Both the position numbers and the translations under genes were made by a program. The notes beneath the pieces are model-generated. The model was not told the DNA's origin. It saw only the letters and a list, made by a program, of their open reading frames with translations, and ran no database searches. From Bacilli bacterium (GTDB lineage: Bacteria > Bacillota_I > Bacilli_A > RF39 > UBA660): a stretch of 64,000 bases of DNA. Shown here one piece after another: positions 19,338 to 28,632 of the stretch. The stretch lies in assembly GCA_017940575.1 (NCBI GenBank), contig JAGAYJ010000015.1:17083-81082 (forward strand). The letters run 5' to 3'. Position 1 is the first letter of the stretch. Each line of letters begins with the position of its first letter.

Positions 19338-20228
19338 ATGAGCAGAATAAATTTAAACAATTATAAACATATCATTAATGATAATAATTATATGGGCCTT
19401 AAAAATAATCTTTCAAAAGATGGTATAGTTCCTATTTATATGAATGATAAAATATATATTTATAAAGTTAATTCCACAAATAAAAGTAAAGAATTAAAAG
19501 ATAATTATAATAGTTATTTATTTGACATATATAAAACTACGATACAACCACCAAAGGTAGATCCATTATTCTATTCTAATTATTTATATTACTATGGTAG
19601 TATCTTAGACTTTAATGTGCCTACAAATGAAGAATTGGAAAATAAATTTCATTTTGAAACAAAACAAGAAGAGTTCATAAAAAACAATCGAGAAATTATT
19701 TCTTTATATGATAAAGAATCTGAGAAGATGATGAGTCGTTATGAAAACTATGAAGAAATTGTCTCAAGAATTAAAAAAGATTATCTAACATTTACGTTTA
19801 AAAGGCCATCTAAATTAGGTATGACAATGAATATGTGCGGTGATAATAATTATATAAGTGTTGATATAATATCGAATATAATATATGAGTTTTTATATGG
19901 AAAAAAATTAAATATTAATGATTCTATGTTTTCATGTCATCAAGTTTATTTAAAAATAATGAATCTTCCATTTACTAACGCTGAGAAAAAATTAGGTATT
20001 AGTGATAAGTTATCAACAGTAAAAGATATAATAGATTCTTTTGAAATAGAATGTATATATATTGGAATGGAAAATGAAATCCCAAGTTATATATTTGGAT
20101 TAAATATAAATAATGAATTTAAAAAAAATATATACAGAATTGCTAAAGATAATGCATATATTTTATTTGAAAGTGAATTTAAATCTACATTTGATAGGCT
20201 AACAAAAACAAAAATATATAAAAAATAA
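19338..20228 (+). CDS. Hypothetical protein (296 aa), no recognisable domain
   Basis: AAAGGAG RBS; 9-nt gap from previous gene. Confidence 0.45.
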   Translation: MSRINLNNYKHIINDNNYMGLKNNLSKDGIVPIYMNDKIYIYKVNSTNKSKELKDNYNSYLFDIYKTTIQPPKVDPLFYSNYLYYYGSILDFNVPTNEELENKFHFETKQEEFIKNNREIISLYDKESEKMMSRYENYEEIVSRIKKDYLTFTFKRPSKLGMTMNMCGDNNYISVDIISNIIYEFLYGKKLNINDSMFSCHQVYLKIMNLPFTNAEKKLGISDKLSTVKDIIDSFEIECIYIGMENEIPSYIFGLNINNEFKKNIYRIAKDNAYILFESEFKSTFDRLTKTKIYKK

Positions 20229-20269
20229 TTTGCGAAATGCAAGCAAATATGATATCATATTTTCGCAAA
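20229..20269 (+). promoter_or_regulatory. Nested palindrome or operator-like site (TTTGCGAAAT ... ATATGATATCATAT ... TTTCGCAAA), overlapping a TTGCGA / TG-n-TATCAT promoter-like arrangement
   Basis: Perfect 14-nt palindrome flanked by 9-nt inverted arms immediately after the stop of the 19338 gene and 12 nt before ATG 20281. Confidence 0.45.
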
Positions 20270-20280
20270 GGAATGATACT

Positions 20281-20601
20281 ATGATAGACTTAGACCATCA
20301 AGATTTAATGCCTAATATTGAAATGATTGCTGATGAACTTATAAGAGATATAAAAAATGATCCACTATCTTATAGAAAAGATATAACAAGTATTGAAGGA
20401 TTAAATACATCAGAAGAGTATTTTATGTTGGAAAAATATTTAATGAAGAAAATGCCTAATTTAATAATTACACATCATGAAACTGATACTCCAGAAGATT
20501 TATCTAATCAGTTAAAAAGTATTAAAAATATTTTGTTAAATAATATGCAACCATATTTTATAGATTTTCCAAATTCAAAGCAAAATGTAAAAAAAAGATA
20601 A
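20281..20601 (+). CDS. Hypothetical small protein (106 aa)
   Basis: ATG 20281 with AAAGGA RBS; the track ORF starts at TTG 20230 inside the palindrome. Confidence 0.4.
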   Translation: MIDLDHQDLMPNIEMIADELIRDIKNDPLSYRKDITSIEGLNTSEEYFMLEKYLMKKMPNLIITHHETDTPEDLSNQLKSIKNILLNNMQPYFIDFPNSKQNVKKR

Positions 20602-20680
20602 CTAAGTTGTCTTTTTTTGTTGAATATATATTTTTTTAGAGATATAATAATTATAGAATAGAGTATGGTTGAGGTGTAGT

Positions 20681-20881
20681 ATGTATACATGGGAAATTGA
20701 TCAATTGATGAAAGTTAGAAATTATCTTTTAGAAAATGATGAATATGACAAAGTGTGTAAAACAAGCCCACAAATTGATCATGTTAAATATAGACCATTT
20801 GAAGATGATTTTTATATTCATACAAATGATAATTATGAAGTGTTTTTTAAAGTGAAAAAATATGTTAAACCTGAAAACTAG
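20681..20881 (+). CDS. Hypothetical small protein (66 aa)
   Basis: ATG 20681 with GAGGTG RBS. Confidence 0.4.
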   Translation: MYTWEIDQLMKVRNYLLENDEYDKVCKTSPQIDHVKYRPFEDDFYIHTNDNYEVFFKVKKYVKPEN

Positions 20882-20957
20882 AAGTTCTTTCTAGTTTTAT
20901 TTTACTATTTTAAAAAATGATGATATACTAGTATCTAATTTGGTAAAGAGGGATAAT

Positions 20958-22469
20958 ATGGACATTAAACAAAGACTAAAGGATTATAGATTTTATAGTA
21001 AAAAGAACAATATGGATAGAGCAGGAATTATAATTAATGAACTACTAGATATTTATCCAAATGATCCATATGTCTTATTTGAGTATTCTATATATCTTTC
21101 TAAAATAGGTGGTGCAAAAGAAAAGAAAGAATCTTTATTAATATTAAAGGAACTCATTGATAATAATGCTGTTAATAAATTTGATTGTTGTTATGAATTT
21201 GTTAGAGGTTCAGTGTTTACTAAATATTATATTGAATATGTTGAAGAATATGCTAATTTAATTATTGAAAATCATTATATGGAAATGCAAACTGAATATT
21301 ATTTAGGAAGATTCTATGAACTTAGAGGACTAAAAAATATGTCAATAGAGCATTATAAAAAGTCTTCTGATCTTGGATTTGAAAAATCTAAAAAAAGATT
21401 AAAAGATTTTGAAAATATGAGTAATTTAACTAATAAAGAAGTATTAAATGCAATATCTATAAGTGAAAACAATTGTTTATTTGAACTTGAAAATAGAACA
21501 TCTTTACTTAGGAGACAGGCAAAATATAATGAGATTAGAGTCTTACTTAGAAACTTTGAAGATAAGTATACTACTTTTTATAAAAAAACAACTGTTAATT
21601 ATTTGTTTAATGCATATTATAGTATAGGTTATTTTAATGATGCTATTAGAGTATATGAAAATAGTAAAAAGAATTTAAGTGAAGATTTTAAAATGTACAT
21701 AGATGCTAAAATTGATTTAATTAATAATAATTATAACGAAGCTGAGTCTAAATTTAATAAGCTTATTAGAAAGAATAGTGAGTATAAACCCAATAGTTAT
21801 TTTTATTTGGCAGAACTTGCTAATATTGCTAAAAATTATGAATTAGAAGAATTTTATTATAATTGTATATGTGATTTTAATGATTTCAGGGATGATGCAT
21901 ATTTAAAAAAATTAACACTTTATATAAGACAAAACAAAAAGAATAAAGCATTAAAAGTATTAAATAAAATTTCTAAATCATATATAAGAGTACATCAACC
22001 TATATTTTCTCAAATAAATGCATTATTAGGATTAAAACTTTTTGAATATGAAAATGATTATTATACTGTAAAACAAATTAAAAACTATGATTATAATCTT
22101 ACAGTTGATCATATTAAACGCCATACTAATGAAAGCGACTATTATAGTTCAAAAATCAATTTTAATGATGATATAAGAATTGAAGAACTTATTCCTGATG
22201 TTTGTTTAAGAATTAATCAAGATACGCTTAAATATTGTGATTTATTTGAACACTATATTATTCAATATAATAGTTGTGGAAGTTTTGATGATATTGAAGC
22301 AAACTATATAGAGGCAATTATAATACCAAATACTAAAAAGATTATCACAATGTATCCAGTAGTTTCTGATAATATGTTTTCTGCTAAACGAATGGATAAA
22401 GAGCCAAAAAAAATAAAAAGAAAATCACAAATTGATAAATTTAATGAGAGGTATAATAAAAATTTATAA
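20958..22469 (+). CDS. Hypothetical protein with TPR/Sel1-like helical repeats (503 aa)
   Basis: ATG 20958 with AGAGGGA RBS; repetitive helical hairpin-like segments (..YYLGRFYELRGLKN..EHYKKSSDLGF..); no enzymatic motif. Confidence 0.4.
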   Translation: MDIKQRLKDYRFYSKKNNMDRAGIIINELLDIYPNDPYVLFEYSIYLSKIGGAKEKKESLLILKELIDNNAVNKFDCCYEFVRGSVFTKYYIEYVEEYANLIIENHYMEMQTEYYLGRFYELRGLKNMSIEHYKKSSDLGFEKSKKRLKDFENMSNLTNKEVLNAISISENNCLFELENRTSLLRRQAKYNEIRVLLRNFEDKYTTFYKKTTVNYLFNAYYSIGYFNDAIRVYENSKKNLSEDFKMYIDAKIDLINNNYNEAESKFNKLIRKNSEYKPNSYFYLAELANIAKNYELEEFYYNCICDFNDFRDDAYLKKLTLYIRQNKKNKALKVLNKISKSYIRVHQPIFSQINALLGLKLFEYENDYYTVKQIKNYDYNLTVDHIKRHTNESDYYSSKINFNDDIRIEELIPDVCLRINQDTLKYCDLFEHYIIQYNSCGSFDDIEANYIEAIIIPNTKKIITMYPVVSDNMFSAKRMDKEPKKIKRKSQIDKFNERYNKNL

Positions 22470-22906
22470 AAAAATAAAACTATTTTATATATCATAAACA
22501 TTAAATAATGAATAAATAACAATTCTATATAATAAAATAGATGAGCTTAAGTATAAAAAACAATGTTATAATTATTTACCATTTATAATTCCACATGGAC
22601 AAGCAGCAATAACTATAGGAACTACTACAACAGGAGAGCCTGGAACAGATGCAAGTGTTGTAAATAGTGGAACAGAACCAGTCTCAGCTCATTTGATTAT
22701 TACGCAAATAAGTTAATAAAATAAAAAAACGAACTTTTTAGTTCGTTTTAAATTTCAAATGGAGCGGTTAAGCAACAGCTTACGAACCATAACGCTTTCT
22801 TTCTAAAAATATTATATATGAATCTTTATCAAATTTCAATGGGAGTATGGGAATCTTTTGCAATTTAATGTATAATATCTTATAGTTAATCATTGGGAGG
22901 TGTTAT

Positions 22907-23770
22907 ATGAATAAAAGAGTTCCTGCTATTATATCTACAGTTTCAAATAGTTTTTGTGATTTTACCTTAGACATAGCAGTTAATAAATATAATATGTACT
23001 TTATATTGTTTGGAACTGCATTAGGTTCATTTGTATTTCAATTAATTTATGGAATTATAAATGGTATATCGGTAACATTTCCATCTTTGATTTTTATTAT
23101 TGCAAATGGAATTTGTATGTTATTTGGATATATTCTTTATGTACAAGCATTAAAAAGATTACCCGTAGCCCTTACCGGTTTGATAGAGTCTGGGAGTTTA
23201 TTTGCATATTTGTTAATTGATTTTGTTTTTGGGTACCTAAAAATAAATCTATGGTTTCTGTTTTTATTTGCAATGTTTATGTTATCTATATTTATATTTT
23301 CGTATGAAACATATAAACTAAAAAATGAAAATAAAATTAAAAAAATTAAAATGTCAGGTATTTTAATATTACTTTGTTCAATGCTGTTTTATGGATTTGA
23401 ACCATATTTGATTAGGTTTGCAAGTTATGTTGGTGCAAATGAAGTAGCAATTAATTTTGGATATTATTTTTTTGCAATTCCTTTCTTTTTCATTATGATG
23501 AAAATGAACAAAACAATAGAATCAAAAAATAATTGCAGTGGTTCTATTAAATTGATTTTATTAATATCATTGTTTGAAGCAATATATTATTTATTTGGAA
23601 CAATGGGATATGTAAATGAAGCTGCTGTTATAAATGCAATAATACAAGAAATAAGAGTATTCTTACTATTCATTCTATCGATAGTTTTTGGAACCGATAA
23701 ATTATCATTAAATAAAATTATTGCTATAATTATGGGAATTTTATCAGTCATAGGAATATACTTATATTAA
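22907..23770 (+). CDS. DMT/EamA-like drug/metabolite transporter family membrane protein
   Basis: 10 TM, internal two-fold repeat, GGAGGTG RBS. Confidence 0.45.
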   Translation: MNKRVPAIISTVSNSFCDFTLDIAVNKYNMYFILFGTALGSFVFQLIYGIINGISVTFPSLIFIIANGICMLFGYILYVQALKRLPVALTGLIESGSLFAYLLIDFVFGYLKINLWFLFLFAMFMLSIFIFSYETYKLKNENKIKKIKMSGILILLCSMLFYGFEPYLIRFASYVGANEVAINFGYYFFAIPFFFIMMKMNKTIESKNNCSGSIKLILLISLFEAIYYLFGTMGYVNEAAVINAIIQEIRVFLLFILSIVFGTDKLSLNKIIAIIMGILSVIGIYLY

Positions 23771-23968
23771 TTTGTTTTTGGGGCTTGGGGTTTCCCAATA
23801 TGAGAATTTATGCGGGAGTATGAATTCAGTGCTGGCTAGACAAAGGTTTTACTCCCAAATTCTAAAAAATATAAAAAGAGAATTAAATTATTTTGATAAT
23901 TTTTTCCTCTTTTTAGTAAGTAAAATAAAAACTTACGAACTTTAATTAGTCCGTAAGTTGTCTTCAAA

Positions 23969-24043
23969 TGGAGCAAGTGAGCGGAATCGAACCGCCGTCT
24001 CAGCCTTGGCAAGGCCGCATACTAACCGCTGTACTACACCTGC
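23969..24043 (-). tRNA. tRNA-Gly (anticodon GCC)
   Basis: Reverse complement GCAGGTG...GGCGGTTCGATTCCGCTCACTTGCTCCA; anticodon loop TTGCCAA; encoded CCA. Confidence 0.85.
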
Positions 24044-24051
24044 ATATAAGT

Positions 24052-24125
24052 TGGAGGGCCTAGTCGGATTTGAACCAACGATCAGGGAGTTGCAGTCCCA
24101 CGCCTTACCACTTGGCTATAGACCC
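24052..24125 (-). tRNA. tRNA-Cys (anticodon GCA)
   Basis: Reverse complement GGGTCTATAGCCAAGTGGTAAGGC...CTGCAAC loop...GGTTCAAATCCGACTAGGCCCTCCA. Confidence 0.8.
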
Positions 24126-24277
24126 ATCACACAATTAGAATTATAGCAAAAAAAATTCTATTTGACAATACTTCATTAAAAAAATATGCAAAAAATAAAT
24201 TCTTTATTCCTAAATCGTTTTATTGACAATTAATACTATTAAAGGGTATAATTTAAGCAGCATAAGGATGATGAAAA

Positions 24278-24817
24278 ATGAAAAAATATACTAAAAAGCA
24301 ATTAACGAGATTAAAAATTGCTCTTATTTTTGAAAGCAAAAAAAGAACTAAATATATTGTAAAACATAAAATATTTAAATCGGTTGGGGATAATTTTTTC
24401 TTTCAACCTAGAATTATTCCATCAGATCCTGAACTTATTAAATTTCATAATAATGTATCAGTTGCTAGTGATGTAACATTTATTACTCATGATATTGCAC
24501 ATAATGTACTTAATAATTTAGGTGAGGGATATTTTCCATATAACTATGGATGTATAGAAGTACTTGATAATGTATTTATTGGTGCAAATTCAACAATACT
24601 TCCAAATATTAAAATTGGACCTAATGCGATTATAGCAGCAGGTTCAGTAGTAACAAAAGATGTCCCTGAAAATGCAATTGTGGCTGGAGTACCTGCAAAA
24701 GTAATTGGAACATTTACAGATTATGTGGAAAAAAGAAAGAATATAGTAAGTTATCCTATGGAAGAAGCTTGGAACAATTTTTATAAAGAAAAGGGTGTTA
24801 ACAATGAACAAGATTAA
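24278..24817 (+). CDS. Hexapeptide-repeat acyl/acetyltransferase (maltose/galactoside O-acetyltransferase-like)
   Basis: Left-handed beta-helix repeats [47 protein letters not shown]. Confidence 0.75.
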   Translation: MKKYTKKQLTRLKIALIFESKKRTKYIVKHKIFKSVGDNFFFQPRIIPSDPELIKFHNNVSVASDVTFITHDIAHNVLNNLGEGYFPYNYGCIEVLDNVFIGANSTILPNIKIGPNAIIAAGSVVTKDVPENAIVAGVPAKVIGTFTDYVEKRKNIVSYPMEEAWNNFYKEKGVNNEQD

Positions 24818-26093
24818 TCGATTTATAGAATCAAATATAGATAAGATTATTCTTGTTTTCTTGTTTTTAAATCCTTTTTTGGACGTACTTGCTGGCTTAC
24901 AAACTCATTATTTAAATATAAGTTTTTCATTTTCATCAGTAATTAGACTTATATTTATGTTATTGTGTATTTATTATATTTTTTGCTTAGACAATACTGT
25001 TGATAAAAATATAAATAAAAAATATCTGCTTGTTTTATTTGCTTATTTTATTTTGTTTTCAATTACAACCATTCTTTATAAAGATTATAATGCATTAGGA
25101 TATGAGATTAAAAATACTTTAAATACATTTTATTTTCCTGTAGTATTAATAGCTTTATTTGACATGTTTATTCAATATAAAATTAAAATTAGTTTAAAAC
25201 AAATAATAATGATATATTTTATTTATGTTTTATTTGTTTTAATTCCAGATTTTTTTAAAGTTGGTTTTATAAGTTATTATCATTCAAAGGTGGGTAGCGT
25301 TGGCTGGTTTATATCTGCAAACGCAGTTGGAAATATATTAAGTTTGCTTATGCCATTTTTTGCTTATTATTTAATAAACTCTAAAGAACATAAGATATTT
25401 AAATGTATATTAACTATTATGTTATTAATAGTATTATCAGATATGGGTACAAAAGTTCCAATGTTATCCCTTTTAATTGTAATGTTATTTCATTTAATTT
25501 ATTATTTAATAGAATGGATAAAAAACAAGGAAACTAAAAAAATTGTGATATCAATTATAGCAACATTAGTAGTTGTTGTATCATCTATAATAATGGTTCC
25601 AAAAACTTCTTTTTATAAAAATATAGAAATTCATAAAGATTTTTTAGGTATTAATCATTATTATGAAGTATTAACTGATTATCATTTAATAGATCATTTT
25701 ATATTTAGTCAAAGATTAACATTCTTATCAAATACACATAAAAATTATAAAGAATCAAGTGTATTAGAAAAAATTAGTGGAATAGGTTATATTGAAAAAT
25801 ATGGAACAGATAGTGTTAGTACAAAAACTATAGAAATAGATTATTTTGAAGTTTTTTATCGTAATGGAATAATTGGATTTATTTTATTTTTCTATATGAT
25901 TATTAAGGTGGTTAAAAGTACATTATCTAATATAAAAGAAAAAAGCTTAATTAATTTAGAATTTAAAACTTGTTATTTATTAATTATTTTATTAGCTTTA
26001 TTCTCAGGGCATATTTTAGTAACTCCTGCTGTTAGTATATTTGTATCACTTACTTTAGTAATGCCATTTTTTAAGGAAAACTTTGTAAAATAA
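24804..26093 (+). CDS. Polytopic membrane protein, O-antigen ligase/polymerase (Wzy)-like
   Basis: About 12 TM with a large extracytoplasmic loop; overlaps upstream acetyltransferase gene; AAGGGTG RBS. Confidence 0.4.
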   Translation: MNKINRFIESNIDKIILVFLFLNPFLDVLAGLQTHYLNISFSFSSVIRLIFMLLCIYYIFCLDNTVDKNINKKYLLVLFAYFILFSITTILYKDYNALGYEIKNTLNTFYFPVVLIALFDMFIQYKIKISLKQIIMIYFIYVLFVLIPDFFKVGFISYYHSKVGSVGWFISANAVGNILSLLMPFFAYYLINSKEHKIFKCILTIMLLIVLSDMGTKVPMLSLLIVMLFHLIYYLIEWIKNKETKKIVISIIATLVVVVSSIIMVPKTSFYKNIEIHKDFLGINHYYEVLTDYHLIDHFIFSQRLTFLSNTHKNYKESSVLEKISGIGYIEKYGTDSVSTKTIEIDYFEVFYRNGIIGFILFFYMIIKVVKSTLSNIKEKSLINLEFKTCYLLIILLALFSGHILVTPAVSIFVSLTLVMPFFKENFVK

Positions 26094-26151
26094 ACGATTT
26101 GTATAAAATAAAAAAACAATGTATAATTATATGGGGTTATTTGGAGGAATT

Positions 26152-28188
26152 ATGAGTAAGAAAAAGAAAAAACTAAAAATAAAAAAGAAAAATATAATTA
26201 TATTTATAATGGCTATATTAGTTACTATAGCAAGCATCTTTTCAGTGTATTCACTATCACTATTAAGTGGTATAGAATCAATGCTTAGAATTACGCTTAG
26301 TGGAATAATAATTATTTTACTTGCATCTTTCTTACTAGGTTTTTATCACTCATTAAAGAAAAAAAATAAAAAGTACTTATTTTATATACCTATTGTACTT
26401 ATTTATTCATTTTTACTAATTGGATTTGGATACTATGTTATTAAAACTTATAATGTTGTTGATAAATTTACATCAGATGCTACAACATATTCAAGTAGTG
26501 TTGTAACACTTACATCAAATAAAGTAGAAGATGTATCTAAAGTTAGTGGTAAAGTAGGTATATTAAAAGATAAAGATAATATAATTGGAAATATTATTCC
26601 AAATGAGATTATAAAAGATAAAAAGTTAGATGTTAAAAAGATTGAGTATGAAACATATATAGATTTAATTGATGCTTTATATAATAAAGAAGTTGATTAT
26701 GTATTTTTACCAACTGGATATGTTGTTATGTTTTCTACATATGAAGGAAAAGATTTAAGTACATTAGATGATGATACTAAAATAATATATACACAAGAGA
26801 AAAAAGTTAAATCAAAACAAACTAGTAAATCCAATAATTTAAATAAACCTTTTACAATCCTTCTTATGGGAGTTGACTCTGAAGATGAAAGTTTAGCTAA
26901 TAGTTCATTTAATGGTGATTCATTAATGCTTATTACATTTAATCCAGAGAATTTAAATGCAACAATTCTTAGTATTCCAAGAGATACTTATGTTCCAATT
27001 ACTTGCTTTGCTAATCAAGCAAAAAGTAAAATAACACATGCAGCTTGGAATGGTGAGAGTTGTATGATGGATACAATTGAAAACTTTACTGGAATTAATA
27101 TTGACTATTATGTTAAGATTAACTTTAAAGGAGTTATTAAGATAGTTGATACTTTAGGCGGAGTAGATGTAGATGTTCCATATAGTTTCTGTGAAAGTAA
27201 TTCAAATCGAGATTTTGGAAATAATACAATATTCATAAATCAAGGATTTCAAACATTAAATGGTGAACAAGCACTTGCTTTTTCAAGAAATAGACATACA
27301 TGGCCAGAATACTGTGGAAAAGCATATTCTAACTATGTAAGTAATGATTTTGTCAGAGGACAAAATCAACAAACAGTTGTTAAAGCAATTTTAAATAAAA
27401 TAAAAGAAAAAAGTGATATATCTACAATTTACAAGTTACTTGATGTAGTAAGTAATAGTATGGAAACAAATATGACAAATAGTGAAATATTATCACTTTA
27501 CAATATTTTTAAAGATGTTATAGCTAAGAGTACTGGTAATAATATAGATGATGTTATTGGTATGCAAAAACTATATTTAAGTGGATATGGATCAATGAAT
27601 ATATATGATGTAACAATGGGTATGTATTTATATAACTATGTTTTATATCAAGAGTCACTTAATGATGTTGTAGAAGCTATGAAAATAAACTTAGGCTTAA
27701 TTGAACCTAAAATGATTAAAGAATTTAGTTTTGATATAGATGAAGAGTATGAAGAGAAAGTAATTGGTGAAAGATCAAGCGGAACACCTGTATCTTATGC
27801 TAAAGGAGCTCAAACTAAAAATGATTCTAAAGAAACTACAACAACTAAATCATGTGGTGAAAATGAAGAGTTAGGTGCTGATGGTGTATCTTGTGTTTGT
27901 AAATGGGGATATACAAAAGTAAACGGTTCTTGTGTTGAAAAGGAAGATAATCAAACTACAAGTAAAGATAATAATAAAACTAGTGAAGAAAAGGAAACTG
28001 ACAATAAAAAAATTAATAAATGCGTTTTAGAGGGAAGTAATTATTATTGGTATGATGCCGATGGTAATAAAAATACAACACCATATTCAGATTCCACATG
28101 TTCGACAAAAGTATCTGATGACGATGATATAACTCCAAGCGTTATTGATGATAATCAAGATGATGAAAAACAAAATAATGATCAATAA
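26152..28188 (+). CDS. LytR-CpsA-Psr (LCP) family cell-wall polymer transferase with Cys-rich, acidic C-terminal extension
   Basis: N-terminal TM, LCP core (ILLMGVDSEDE...DSLMLITFNP...SIPRDTYVPI), C-terminal CxCxxGYx6C EGF-like motif and D/E/N-rich tail; GGAGG RBS. Confidence 0.8.
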   Translation: MSKKKKKLKIKKKNIIIFIMAILVTIASIFSVYSLSLLSGIESMLRITLSGIIIILLASFLLGFYHSLKKKNKKYLFYIPIVLIYSFLLIGFGYYVIKTYNVVDKFTSDATTYSSSVVTLTSNKVEDVSKVSGKVGILKDKDNIIGNIIPNEIIKDKKLDVKKIEYETYIDLIDALYNKEVDYVFLPTGYVVMFSTYEGKDLSTLDDDTKIIYTQEKKVKSKQTSKSNNLNKPFTILLMGVDSEDESLANSSFNGDSLMLITFNPENLNATILSIPRDTYVPITCFANQAKSKITHAAWNGESCMMDTIENFTGINIDYYVKINFKGVIKIVDTLGGVDVDVPYSFCESNSNRDFGNNTIFINQGFQTLNGEQALAFSRNRHTWPEYCGKAYSNYVSNDFVRGQNQQTVVKAILNKIKEKSDISTIYKLLDVVSNSMETNMTNSEILSLYNIFKDVIAKSTGNNIDDVIGMQKLYLSGYGSMNIYDVTMGMYLYNYVLYQESLNDVVEAMKINLGLIEPKMIKEFSFDIDEEYEEKVIGERSSGTPVSYAKGAQTKNDSKETTTTKSCGENEELGADGVSCVCKWGYTKVNGSCVEKEDNQTTSKDNNKTSEEKETDNKKINKCVLEGSNYYWYDADGNKNTTPYSDSTCSTKVSDDDDITPSVIDDNQDDEKQNNDQ

Positions 28189-28263
28189 AAAGAAACTTTT
28201 GTTTCTTTTTTTATGCTCTTGTTATTTTAGTTAATAATTGATAAAATAATAATAGGTGATAAT

Positions 28264-28632
28264 ATGAATAATAAAGCATTTACATTAATGGAATTACTCG
28301 CAACTATAATAATTATAGCTTTAATAACATCTTTAGCAGTACCTGCTGTTATAAATCAAATAGCTGATAAAAAATCAAAAATTGATGAAACTACTAAGAT
28401 AATGATTTATAATGCTGCAGAGTTATATATGTCAAATAATCAATATGAATATCCTAAATTAAGTGGTAATAAATATTGTATTTCTCTTGATAAATTAGTT
28501 TCTTCTGGTTTACTAGAATCTCCAATAAAAGACTTTAAAACTGGAAGTGTTATAGCGCTTACAAAAAAAGTTAGTATATCAGTTAATACTAATAATGAAT
28601 ATGATGAATTTGAATTAGTGGATGAATGTTAA
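28264..28632 (+). CDS. Prepilin-type N-terminal cleavage/methylation domain protein (type IV pilin / pseudopilin-like)
   Basis: KAFTLMELLATIIIIALI class-III signal with Glu+5 and hydrophobic helix. Confidence 0.6.
   Translation: MNNKAFTLMELLATIIIIALITSLAVPAVINQIADKKSKIDETTKIMIYNAAELYMSNNQYEYPKLSGNKYCISLDKLVSSGLLESPIKDFKTGSVIALTKKVSISVNTNNEYDEFELVDEC

Noticed and set aside
1344-20260. The TGATATCA 8-mer palindrome seen in the R1 box, the 20.2-kb palindrome and inside the 434-1498 gene suggested a common regulator motif
   Set aside because: About 3 occurrences of this AT-rich palindromic 8-mer are expected by chance in 64 kb at this base composition. Only the extended 14-16-nt palindromes are considered meaningful.
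22516-22707. Open frame encoding ...IPHGQAAITIGTTTTGEPGTDASVVNSGTEPVSAHLIITQIS (possible RiPP-like or coat peptide)
   Set aside because: There is no ATG, GTG or TTG start and no RBS in frame. It is probably a non-coding or decayed fragment, so it is not called as a gene.
23958-24146. 62-aa plus-strand ORF from the track
   Set aside because: It lies entirely across the minus-strand tRNA-Gly and tRNA-Cys genes. Its composition is that of tRNA, not coding sequence.
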